The translations under genes were made by a program, and so were the position numbers. This document shows, piece by piece, positions 10,078 through 18,600 of a stretch of DNA of 64,000 nt. Under the pieces are notes generated by a model. It was not told the DNA's origin, ran no database searches, and saw only the letters and a program-made list of their open reading frames with translations. Source of the DNA: Candidatus Kaiserbacteria bacterium (GTDB lineage: Bacteria > Patescibacteriota > Minisyncoccia > Phycocordibacterales > Phycocordibacteraceae); the NCBI GenBank assembly GCA_029288865.1, contig JARIGM010000023.1, forward strand, positions 3,039 to 67,038, in the 5' to 3' direction. Numbering within the stretch: position 1 is the first letter of the stretch; every line of letters begins with the position of its first letter.

Positions 10078-11712
10078 TTATAATCCTTCTACTGAAGGGG
10101 TGGAATCTTCCTCATCTATATTAATACTCGGATTGTCTAATGTAGGGTTCCCTGCCAGTGGAAACGGCCCTGACTTAGTACCTTTCTCCGAAACACGTCC
10201 ATATGGTCCCCGTTTAATAGGGTTGGGATCGTTTGGGTTACCATTTTGTATGCGTACTTGGTCGCCAGGCCTATCTGGAACAGGATATCTCGTTCCCTGT
10301 TGGTTACTTGAGGGGTTACCTGGAATTCCCTTCTTTTTCATGATTTCGTCGATCTCCTGGGGTGTTTTGCCGGTTAATTCGCCCGGTGTTGGTAATGCTG
10401 GATAAGCAGAATTTGAAAGTATATGGCTTGGTGTTGAGAAGGAGTTACTTTGTACTCCGCTTACATTCGCCCCGAAATGCACCGCCGGAATATTTATAGA
10501 CTGCACAGCCTGTGCAGCATTAGAAGCTGCTTGTTGGGATGCATGTTGAATTGCCGGATTACTCAGGATTGCCTGGAGAGTAATAAGAACTGCCAATAAG
10601 GCAATGGCTATTGGTATTTCAAATGCAGTAAACTTTCCTGTAGGGTCTTTCTTTGTAATAGGATTATCCTCGGCATATGAGTAACTATTTAAGCTCTGAG
10701 GGTCTTCCAAGATTTGACTCTTAGGATCACCCAAGAAGACTGGGTCTTCAGATAAGAATTGGCCTCTCGCAGAATCCTGGTATCTTGCATTCAAATAGTT
10801 AAGTTGGGTATTCCCGTCATACTGCTCGCCAATAAATTTCCTCTTTGTTCCGGTATACGTTCCGGCAAGCGTATCGGTACGGAGTGCGCCATACGGGTAG
10901 TAGTGGAGTGCTTCGTTAAGCAGTCCGGCGCTGTCTGTGAGTGCATTTGCACCGCCCAAGTGATCTGGATGGACATAGTAAGTGGAGGTAGTGGTTCCCA
11001 CGGTCGGGGTCGTAGTTGCAGGCTTAAAGGCAGCAATTGCCATACTCCAATTCTGAGTTGCAGCGCCGGTATACGTGTCGGAGATAGAACCAGCGGCTCC
11101 CGCAACTTGATAACTTGCCGCACCTAAAGTCGTTGAGGCAACGTTGTTGAACAGCGAGGTGCGATTTGTAGTAGCAGTGGTGGTTGAGTTTCTGCTGAGT
11201 GTTGCCACCACGAGATCGCCCGTTAAACGCGTGGTAACCGAAGCGGTGGGACTGCTCGTAGTACCTATAGCTGTTGAGGTAGCATCAAGGCCTGATTGAC
11301 TTGCTCCCGAGTAATCCGAAAGCCCAAACTTAAGCGCATCAGTCGCCCCATTAACAGTAACTGAGATGGTGTTAGTACCGGATGGCGGTGCAACCAGATA
11401 CCAGAGCTCAGAAGCCATAGTTCCGCTTAGGCTGCTTGCGGCTTTAATCAGCGGCATGCCCGCATAGGTAGCTGAGGAGATCGATCCCGTGCCGGCTATA
11501 TGCTGCAATATATCGGCCGTGAGGACCAAAAGGCGGTTAGTACCAAACGAAGTAGTATGAGTCCAGCTCTTCGTCGTGGTCGCGCTTGCTCCGAGGGTGA
11601 AGTTCGTCGTGACTGCATTTAACAGTAGTGTCGAAGTCGCGGCTGTCGTGGTACCGACCGTATTCGGGCCATATCTATCAGGAGTTAGCTGGTAAGACAA
11701 TGCCCCATCCAT
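10078..11712 (-). CDS. orphan RHS C-terminal cassette (T/S-rich domain + RHS core end + divergent C-terminal toxin tip)
   Basis: 544 aa; residues about 20-390 are about 75% identical to residues about 2290-2660 of the 2780-aa RHS protein ([16 protein letters not shown]...[10 protein letters not shown]...DNPITKKDPTGK), then a TM segment and a different tip; own TG-TATACT promoter upstream. Confidence 0.8.
   Translation of the reverse strand: MDGALSYQLTPDRYGPNTVGTTTAATSTLLLNAVTTNFTLGASATTTKSWTHTTSFGTNRLLVLTADILQHIAGTGSISSATYAGMPLIKAASSLSGTMASELWYLVAPPSGTNTISVTVNGATDALKFGLSDYSGASQSGLDATSTAIGTTSSPTASVTTRLTGDLVVATLSRNSTTTATTNRTSLFNNVASTTLGAASYQVAGAAGSISDTYTGAATQNWSMAIAAFKPATTTPTVGTTTSTYYVHPDHLGGANALTDSAGLLNEALHYYPYGALRTDTLAGTYTGTKRKFIGEQYDGNTQLNYLNARYQDSARGQFLSEDPVFLGDPKSQILEDPQSLNSYSYAEDNPITKKDPTGKFTAFEIPIAIALLAVLITLQAILSNPAIQHASQQAASNAAQAVQSINIPAVHFGANVSGVQSNSFSTPSHILSNSAYPALPTPGELTGKTPQEIDEIMKKKGIPGNPSSNQQGTRYPVPDRPGDQVRIQNGNPNDPNPIKRGPYGRVSEKGTKSGPFPLAGNPTLDNPSINIDEEDSTPSVEGL
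10400..11700. repeat. about 1.3 kb duplicated segment: orphan RHS cassette is paralogous to the 3' part of the main RHS gene (about 15900..17200)
   Basis: The protein alignment is near-collinear at about 75% identity across the T/S-rich and core-end regions; this gives a substrate for homologous recombination and tip switching. Confidence 0.7.
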
Positions 11713-11742
11713 AAGATGAGGCTTCCCACCAGTATATCACAA

Positions 11743-11761
11743 ATATTCCATTTTGGAATAT
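11743..11761. promoter_or_regulatory. perfect palindrome ATATTCCA-N3-TGGAATAT in the divergent promoter region between the XRE gene and the orphan RHS cassette
   Basis: Seen directly in the sequence; 8-bp arms and 3-bp spacer; also overlaps a TGGAATA direct repeat. Confidence 0.5.
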
Positions 11762-11787
11762 CCCAATATGGAATACAGCCTATAGGT

Positions 11788-12006
11788 ATGAAGAAATCCA
11801 TTCATACCGATGAACAGGCAATGTTTGTGAAGCGACTTCGCAAAGCACGGATGGAGGCTGGCCTTACACAAGTAGAAGCTGCTGCGAAACTGGGAGCTAG
11901 TCAGTCTTGGATATCAAAAATTGAACTCGGTGAGCTTCGGGTTGATGCAATATCACTTAATCGCATTGCAAAACTCTACGGTAAACCTGTTAGCTATTTC
12001 CTGTAG
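11788..12006 (+). CDS. XRE-family helix-turn-helix transcriptional regulator
   Basis: 72 aa from the internal ATG; LTQVEAAAKLGASQSWISKIELGE is a classic Cro/C1 HTH; the palindromic operator lies just upstream. Confidence 0.75.
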   Translation: MKKSIHTDEQAMFVKRLRKARMEAGLTQVEAAAKLGASQSWISKIELGELRVDAISLNRIAKLYGKPVSYFL

Positions 12007-12152
12007 CCAGACAGAAGAAGCCGAGTGGTCGGTCTTCTGTCAGCCGGACTAGTCCGGGCTTCGCCATGCACTTTGCGGTTACGCAAATCCAATGGCACGC
12101 CTTCCGGCCGCTGCCTACCCTATCGCACTTCAGGTGTTCTGCGAAGGGGCAA

Positions 12153-12335
12153 CTAATGTGCTACTTTAACACGGCGTTTTATAGGATTAGGAGATATAAG
12201 TACTTCACGTCCGGTCTTTCGAGAATGTGCGGTATGAGCAATCTTAAAGCCCTGCACTTGCCTCTTTCCGTATAGCTCTCGAACATACGGCGTATCGTCA
12301 TATGTCATTACCCAATCAAGAATCGAGGTATCCAA
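12153..12335 (-). pseudogene. C-terminal remnant of a Dam-family (D12 class) N6-adenine DNA methyltransferase
   Basis: 60 aa ORF; VMTYDDTPYVRELY...REVLISPN resembles the Dam C-terminus (V.ISN.DT...RE.Y...); no N-terminal catalytic region is present. Confidence 0.45.
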
Positions 12336-12414
12336 AAAGTTTGCCAGATTCTCGTGATTCTCCTTCGGCTATGACAACGAAGAATACACTCTCAAAGATA
12401 AACAGATTGAGCTA

Positions 12415-12810
12415 TTGAAACAGATTCCCCTTCTGCACAAGAAAGAGTTGGTTGACGTAAGTCTCGCGCAGTATTGCGAATCTACGAAAGAGCAATTTAA
12501 GACCCTGAAGGATTTTGAGTCTAGAAGGCAATTTCTACTGGATCACATTGATAGGGTTATAGTTGCGAAGAATTCAATATCTATTTACGGCTATGTTCCC
12601 GTTCGACTTAAGGTATATGAAGATCCAGATCAGCCAAATGGTGCAGGTAAGATTTGGTTTTGCATTGAGAAAGAGCTAGATCGCACTCGCTTAGTCGCCA
12701 AGTTGCAAAATAGAGACAAGAAACAAGATGTGTTAGACGGTACAAAAATTACTTGGAATGAATACAAACAATTATCTGAAATCAGAACTGGAGGTTTATA
12801 TACGCTCTAA
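12415..12810 (+). CDS. hypothetical protein or gene fragment (no ATG; TTG start in track; frame open back to 12358)
   Basis: 131 aa ORF; in-frame upstream extension FSFGYDNEEYTLKDKQIELLK with no start codon suggests a truncated gene. Confidence 0.3.
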   Translation: MKQIPLLHKKELVDVSLAQYCESTKEQFKTLKDFESRRQFLLDHIDRVIVAKNSISIYGYVPVRLKVYEDPDQPNGAGKIWFCIEKELDRTRLVAKLQNRDKKQDVLDGTKITWNEYKQLSEIRTGGLYTL

Positions 12811-12841
12811 ATTATCTATCTGCTGTTACGTTAATGCGGTT

Positions 12842-13117
12842 CTAGAGTTTTATCCCAGATAAGTAAATTCCACCGATAAGAACGAGACCAAGCCCAATCG
12901 CTAAAGCATAGCTGGTAGCAGTCATAAACATGCCGTCAGCCATTACGTCACTACCTTGAGAATTGTGGTAGAGATTCTTTTTAATCCAGCCTACAATTCC
13001 TGTTTTCATACCAGGATACCAATTAAAGTATGCAACTACCGACAACAAGAGAATGCCAACCAAGGTCACTACTACTGGTTGGTAATAAACAATTAATTGG
13101 TTGAATAAATTTTGCAT
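12842..13117 (-). CDS. two-TM membrane protein, putative immunity protein for RHS-CT fragment 13119..13970
   Basis: 91 aa, two hydrophobic helices, 1 bp downstream of the toxin fragment. Confidence 0.45.
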   Translation of the reverse strand: MQNLFNQLIVYYQPVVVTLVGILLLSVVAYFNWYPGMKTGIVGWIKKNLYHNSQGSDVMADGMFMTATSYALAIGLGLVLIGGIYLSGIKL

Positions 13118-13118
13118 A

Positions 13119-13970
13119 TTAGTTCTTTTTGTTATTAGTACTCTTATTGGAGGATGATTGCAAGGTGTTTACCAACTGAGTAAGGAGATGAACTTCCTGG
13201 GTCAGGAGACTTATCACATCCGATACCCCACTTACCCTACCTCCTGCGAGTGTAGGTGCTACGTTCATGGCGAAGTTTCCTGCACTTGAATAGGCAGCAG
13301 ATGGATTCTGATTATTAATAGATCCAACAGTGTTTATGGCTGAAGGGATTCCAAGCGCAGAACTACCAGCAAGGAAAGCATACCCAGCGGATTGAACCAG
13401 TCTACCTGCAAGGAAGTAAGTTCCTACTCCTGCTCTTAGAGAAGTAATCGCCACTGTTGAAGTAAGCGCCGCATCAGCTACAGGAGCCGAGAATAAGCCT
13501 ACCACTGCACCTGTTCTATATGGATGATCAAGCGCGGTACCCCAAGCTGGATTCACCTGAGGCAAATAAACTGTCGCATTATTAATCTCACCATTAAAAC
13601 TAGCCCAAGATTGTTGTCCTGTGAGAAATTCTTGATACCACAATCCCGATGGATCAGATTTTGAAATCGGATTGTCTCTACCGTAAGAATACGAATTTAA
13701 TGTTTGCGGGTCAGAAAGAACCGATGTTTGATCCGTCTGAGTGAGACTCTGTAATCTCTGTTGGTTTCCAATTGCTAGGAATGTAGGGTCCTCCGAAAGG
13801 AACTGGCCACGGGAAGGGTCTTGATACCTAGCGTTGAGATAGTTCAAATTCGAACTGGCGTCATATATCTGTCCAATATAAATGGGGCTACCGACACCTG
13901 CTCCTATTTTTGAGTAGTGTATACAGCCTTCCTCATTTGCATCCAAGACTCCATTTTCAAGCCACACCAA
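13119..13970 (-). CDS. orphan RHS C-terminal fragment with Gly/Ala-rich (membrane-active?) toxin tip
   Basis: 283 aa; [21 protein letters not shown]...NSYSYGRDNPISKSDPSGL matches the RHS core end and DPxGL motif of the main RHS, followed by a G/A/S-rich tail; TTG start, truncated N-terminus. Confidence 0.7.
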   Translation of the reverse strand: MVWLENGVLDANEEGCIHYSKIGAGVGSPIYIGQIYDASSNLNYLNARYQDPSRGQFLSEDPTFLAIGNQQRLQSLTQTDQTSVLSDPQTLNSYSYGRDNPISKSDPSGLWYQEFLTGQQSWASFNGEINNATVYLPQVNPAWGTALDHPYRTGAVVGLFSAPVADAALTSTVAITSLRAGVGTYFLAGRLVQSAGYAFLAGSSALGIPSAINTVGSINNQNPSAAYSSAGNFAMNVAPTLAGGRVSGVSDVISLLTQEVHLLTQLVNTLQSSSNKSTNNKKN

Positions 13971-14082
13971 GCGTTCGAAGTCGGTCTCAACCTGAGAAGG
14001 AGCGAGAGTGCTGAAGCGGGTTTCCAGATTAAATTCAGAAGGTTGTTTTGGGTTTTGGAGGAAATTTACACTCCATTGTAAT

Positions 14083-14724
14083 TTATGACATTTTCGTCGA
14101 AGAATGTGGAATTCCTAGTGCAAATTGCAGCTTCAGGCCTTCTGGTAAAGCTATGGTTTGAGCTCCTACTCGTAATATTTTGTGCTCAAAATCTCCAAGA
14201 TCAATATCCAGCTGGTGACCAGGCTTAGTTAAATCTGCGGCGGGATCCATAAATGCATTTCCTTCCTCATTAATAAAAGAAAAGACTATAACCATAGGCT
14301 CTGCTATCTGCTCGTTACTCAAAATCAAATCGCCTTCCTCAGGTTCTACTATAGTTAGTGCACTAGTATCCCGAAAATAAAGACTGAATAGGTGTCTGTT
14401 GATCGGATGTTCAACGTTAAAATGGATACGTAAAATGCCAGACTCTTCCCTCCCTTCTTGTTTTATCTTCAGTGTACGCTTTTCAAAAACGTACGATATT
14501 TCAAGACTCTCTCCAATTGGCACATTCTTTGTCACCGTTGGTGAACTAAAATCAGCTTCGTGTATTGATCCTTTGAATTGCCGTGGAAAAGTCTGGAATA
14601 AGTCCAGTTTATTATTGAACGATATTTTTAGTTCATAATCCCCGCCATGTAGCGGCATTATCAGAAGAGTGCCAATAAGCGCTCCATTCTTTAAAACTAG
14701 TCGACTTTTCCTAAGTGGGTGCAT
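14083..14724 (-). CDS. hypothetical protein (island cargo)
   Basis: 213 aa, AT-rich, no recognisable motif. Confidence 0.4.
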   Translation of the reverse strand: MHPLRKSRLVLKNGALIGTLLIMPLHGGDYELKISFNNKLDLFQTFPRQFKGSIHEADFSSPTVTKNVPIGESLEISYVFEKRTLKIKQEGREESGILRIHFNVEHPINRHLFSLYFRDTSALTIVEPEEGDLILSNEQIAEPMVIVFSFINEEGNAFMDPAADLTKPGHQLDIDLGDFEHKILRVGAQTIALPEGLKLQFALGIPHSSTKMS

Positions 14725-14733
14725 GACTAAACC

Positions 14734-15024
14734 CTAATCATTCCACAAATTAATATTTTCTTTTTTAATTTCTGCGAGCCATTTCGAAAATTCTCTATCA
14801 TCAATATACTTATATTCATCTCTGTCTTTTTCACTTGGGTCCTTGGCTACAAGAAACATTTTCTCGTTGATTTCATCTAAAAGATCCGCCTCATTCGGTT
14901 CTAATACTTTGTTTCTTTCTTCAGATTCAACGCCAAAATATAGTTCGTTGAATTGAGAATAGAATTCATCATAATCAATTCTATACTTGAGAAAGGAGTT
15001 GATCAAATCAGCAAATTCCTTCAT
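14734..15024 (-). CDS. small acidic protein, possible orphan immunity protein
   Basis: 96 aa, highly acidic, D/E/K-rich, in the toxin/immunity island. Confidence 0.35.
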   Translation of the reverse strand: MKEFADLINSFLKYRIDYDEFYSQFNELYFGVESEERNKVLEPNEADLLDEINEKMFLVAKDPSEKDRDEYKYIDDREFSKWLAEIKKENINLWND

Positions 15025-15226
15025 ATGGATTATTTTAATACTAATTTACTTAACTGGCTAACAAGGTTCGAGAGTTGACTCAAAATACCGCCGAGTCGTT
15101 GTAAATTTCCATTTGCGATATTGTTCGTCACTCCCATACCTACTCTCAAACCCCAAGAGAATAGTGTCCTCCATTTGCATCCCGTATTAGATGTAGCTCG
15201 TTTGATACGTTTACGAGTTTAATTTC

Positions 15227-15613
15227 TTATTTGATTATAGTGACTTTAGGCTCAACTTCGGAAATCACGTCTAGCACGTCTGTCCATGTCTTAATTAAAT
15301 AGTGGGTCATCTTTCTATCTTCGTAAATACCGTCACTTTCTTCTTTTAACCATTTAATTAAGCTGGAATTAGTTGATACGCAGAATTGCCATTTAGGATC
15401 TTCGAACTCAGCATGAGCCCATAGTCTTATACGCCCGGATTCATCTACATTTTTATATAATAAATATTGAGTAAAGGTTATTAAAATAGAAATAGAGTTC
15501 TCAGACTCTGCTTTAAGAAGAATCTTAAGCCCCTCGTGATCTTGATGTACATCAATGATAAAGAATTCCCCCACGAGGTCTTTCACGGGTGTCCAGTTAT
15601 TAAAAGTATCCAT
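15227..15613 (-). CDS. putative immunity protein of the giant RHS toxin
   Basis: 128 aa from the internal Met (MDTFNNW); the start is 1 nt after the RHS stop; paralog of 9285..9680; the longer 160-aa version in the track would overlap the RHS gene by 95 bp. Confidence 0.5.
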   Translation of the reverse strand: MDTFNNWTPVKDLVGEFFIIDVHQDHEGLKILLKAESENSISILITFTQYLLYKNVDESGRIRLWAHAEFEDPKWQFCVSTNSSLIKWLKEESDGIYEDRKMTHYLIKTWTDVLDVISEVEPKVTIIK

Positions 15614-15614
15614 A

Positions 15615-18600
15615 TTATTCATTATACCGAGTCTTTTCGATATCACCATTTGGTTTCTGTACCTCAAGTGTCGGACGTCCTTCTTTGCTCTGCGGCCGTA
15701 CGTTGACATTACTTCCGTCTTCTAGTTGACCAGCAGTAGTTCCATTTGGATATGTCTTAACATTCGTAGGATTAAGCTTTTTAAAATCTTGCAATGCTTG
15801 CGGGTAACCGCCATCCTTCTCTTTAAATGAAGTATCCCCGCCCAAGCTATTTTTTGCGAAATTAATATTTGTCGAAGGGATTGAATTTGAGGAGTAGGAC
15901 GGTACACCTTGAGTTGCAGGCGTAGAGAATGGATTGCTTTGAACTCCACTTACGGTACCTCCAAAATGCACTGCGGGAATACTTATTGAGGAAGCTGCTT
16001 GAGACACTCCATAACTTGCCTGCTGTAGCGAATGCTGAACTTGAACATTCGAGAGTATTGCAAGCAAGGCATATGCAGCAGCGAGCAGACCCACAATTAG
16101 TACCCCTTGAGGGCTTACAATGGCCTGCTTTCCATCAGGATCTTTTTTGGTTACCGGGTTATCATTCGCATAGCTATAACTATTCAAACTCTGTGGATCT
16201 TGTAAATTCTGTTGAGAAGGATTCCCCAAGAATACTGGATCTTCGCTCACAAACTGTCCTCTTTGTGGATCCTGATATCTAGCGTTCAAGTAGTTCAGAC
16301 CAGTAGTCCCGTCATACTGCTGCCCAATATATTTCCTCTTGGTTCCGCTATACGTTCCGGCAAGCGTATCGGTACGGAGTGTGCCATAAGGATAATACTG
16401 GATCGATTCATTAAGAAGGCCGGAACTGTCGGTAAGAGCATTCGCTCCACCGAGGTGATCTGGATGAACATAATACGTGGACGTGGTAGTACCATTTGTT
16501 GGCGTTGTAGTTGCAGGCTTAAAGGCAGCAATTATCATGCTCCAGTTTTGGGTTGCCGTACCGGTGTATGTATCGGAAATAGAGCCAGCTGCGCCTGCAA
16601 CTTGATAACTCGATGCTGCAAGAGTAGTAGAAGAGACGTCATTAAAGAGCGAAGTGCGGTTCGTGGTTGCGGTAGTCGTCGAGAACCGGCTTAGAGTTGA
16701 CTCCACAAGATCTCCGGCTAAGTGGCTCGTGACCGAAGCGGACGGATTGCTGGTGGTACCGGTTGCTGTTGACGTAGCGTCAAGCGGAATGAATTGGTTC
16801 ACGCCCGTGTAGTCGGCAAGAGAGAATTTGAGAGAGTCAGTCGTACCGCCAACCGTCACAGATACGGTATTTAATCCCGAAGGCGGAGCAACGAGATACC
16901 AGAGCTCACTCGCCATGTTCGAGGCACGAGTCGCTACCGCCTTGACAAACGGAATACCCGCATAGGTTGCTGAAGTGATAGCGCCTGTGCCAGCTACATG
17001 CTGGAGAATGTCTGCAGTAAGCACAAGGAAGCGGTTATTTCCAAAAGAGGTTGTGTGAGTCCACGACTTAGTGGTGGTGGCCGTGTTGGCTATGGAGGAA
17101 ATGTTAGTACTTGTAGCATTCAGGAGTGGTGTCGAAGTCGCGGCTGTCGTGGTGCCAATCGTATTCAGCGTGGCAACGAGAAGTCCGTTTGCGTAGATGT
17201 TCTTTGTTATGGTCGGACTCGCGCCTGCCGTGCTGCTGTAATACTTATTGGGATAGAACGTGGTTATTCCACCGTCCGTGGTCTGGACTCGGCTACCTGC
17301 ATAATCGTACAAGTACGTGGAAGTTGCTGAACCCTTCCCTACTTGTGCTAATTGATTGAGATAGTTCCAAACATAGTTGTATGTACCATCTGACGTCAGG
17401 TTTCCGTTATTGTCGTAGGCAAGCGTGCTGGTTGCCAATCCATACACGATAGACGTCGGTGCATGCGGATTCGCATAGTTGGTACCTATATTGCCTTGAT
17501 AATAATAGCCTCCTCGATCAGAACTCGTCGCAATGCCTCCAAGCGGATTGTAGGTGTATGAGCGGATGTATGGTGTCTGGAATCCTGCAAGCGTTGAACT
17601 TGCGAGAGTAAGTCGATTGAGCGGATCGTAGGTAAATGCTGTTTGCTCTGATCCATTCACGTCATCGAGAATGCTCGTGATATTTCCTGCTGGATCATAG
17701 GTGTAATGGAAACTCTGGATGTGTGTACCGTCATCAGCCATTGTAAAGTGATCCGTGCCACTCGACCACGGACTCGGATTGCCTGCACTATCCCAGAGGC
17801 GCATGCGGTAATAATATGTCGTATGATCGAGCGCGAGCGGAGTGCCCGTATAATACAAGTCCTGGGTCTGATTTCCTGCTGATGTCGTTGGTGAAAGGCT
17901 GAGTTTGCCGCTATCCCATAATGGGCTGGTGAAGCTGCTGCTTGTCGCGGTCTGAATCTGGTAGTACACCGCAGTGTCTCCGAGGTCGGGATCATTATAT
18001 TGAGCGCTAAATCGAGGTGAAATATCTGTTACATTTATCGGATTAGTCTGATCTTCTGCCATGAGCTGTGTAGTGGTACCGGGCGCCACGTTTGGCAAGC
18101 TGTAGGATATTTCTAGGTAAGGGTCTTGTGACGTACCTGAGTTACGGGAGCTTGAAAAGGTTACTCGGGAGAATAGCCAATGAAAGTTATTATTGACGGC
18201 CTCATTGTCTGTCGAGTCGTGGCCTTCTCGTAAGCAGAGTTTCGTATACCCAGTGGTTGAAATCCAGCTCTTCCCCGCCGTTGTGAGAGGATAGGCTTGG
18301 TAGGTATTTACGGTCGAGCTTGCTATAGGCGTATCAATTGATCCCTTTGTCGGATTAGTGATAGCATCGCCACAAGCGCTTATATCAGAATTACTGAGTG
18401 TAGCCGGAGAAGCTTCGAAACCTTGATATACATTTATGTTCGAATATGCATCATTAAAAGCATTATCGGTGCTTTGAACATATGCATAGAGGGTTGATGA
18501 ACTGATTATAGCGTTATCTGGTAGTGCTGAAGTATCTATCGGCACAAAACTCCGCACGATGCTGAGATACCCGCTACCACTCGCGAACGCCTGAGAATCA

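Noticed and set aside
12358-12810. Truncated large serine recombinase (because of an FGYD...Y motif upstream of the TTG start)
   Set aside because: The conserved recombinase-domain and zinc-ribbon motifs that follow are missing. The resemblance is too weak, so I kept it as an unassigned fragment.
15227-15709. 160-aa version of the immunity ORF starting at 15709
   Set aside because: It would overlap the giant RHS gene by 95 bp. The internal Met at 15613 gives an N-terminus matching the paralog 9285..9680, with its ATG one nucleotide after the RHS stop codon.
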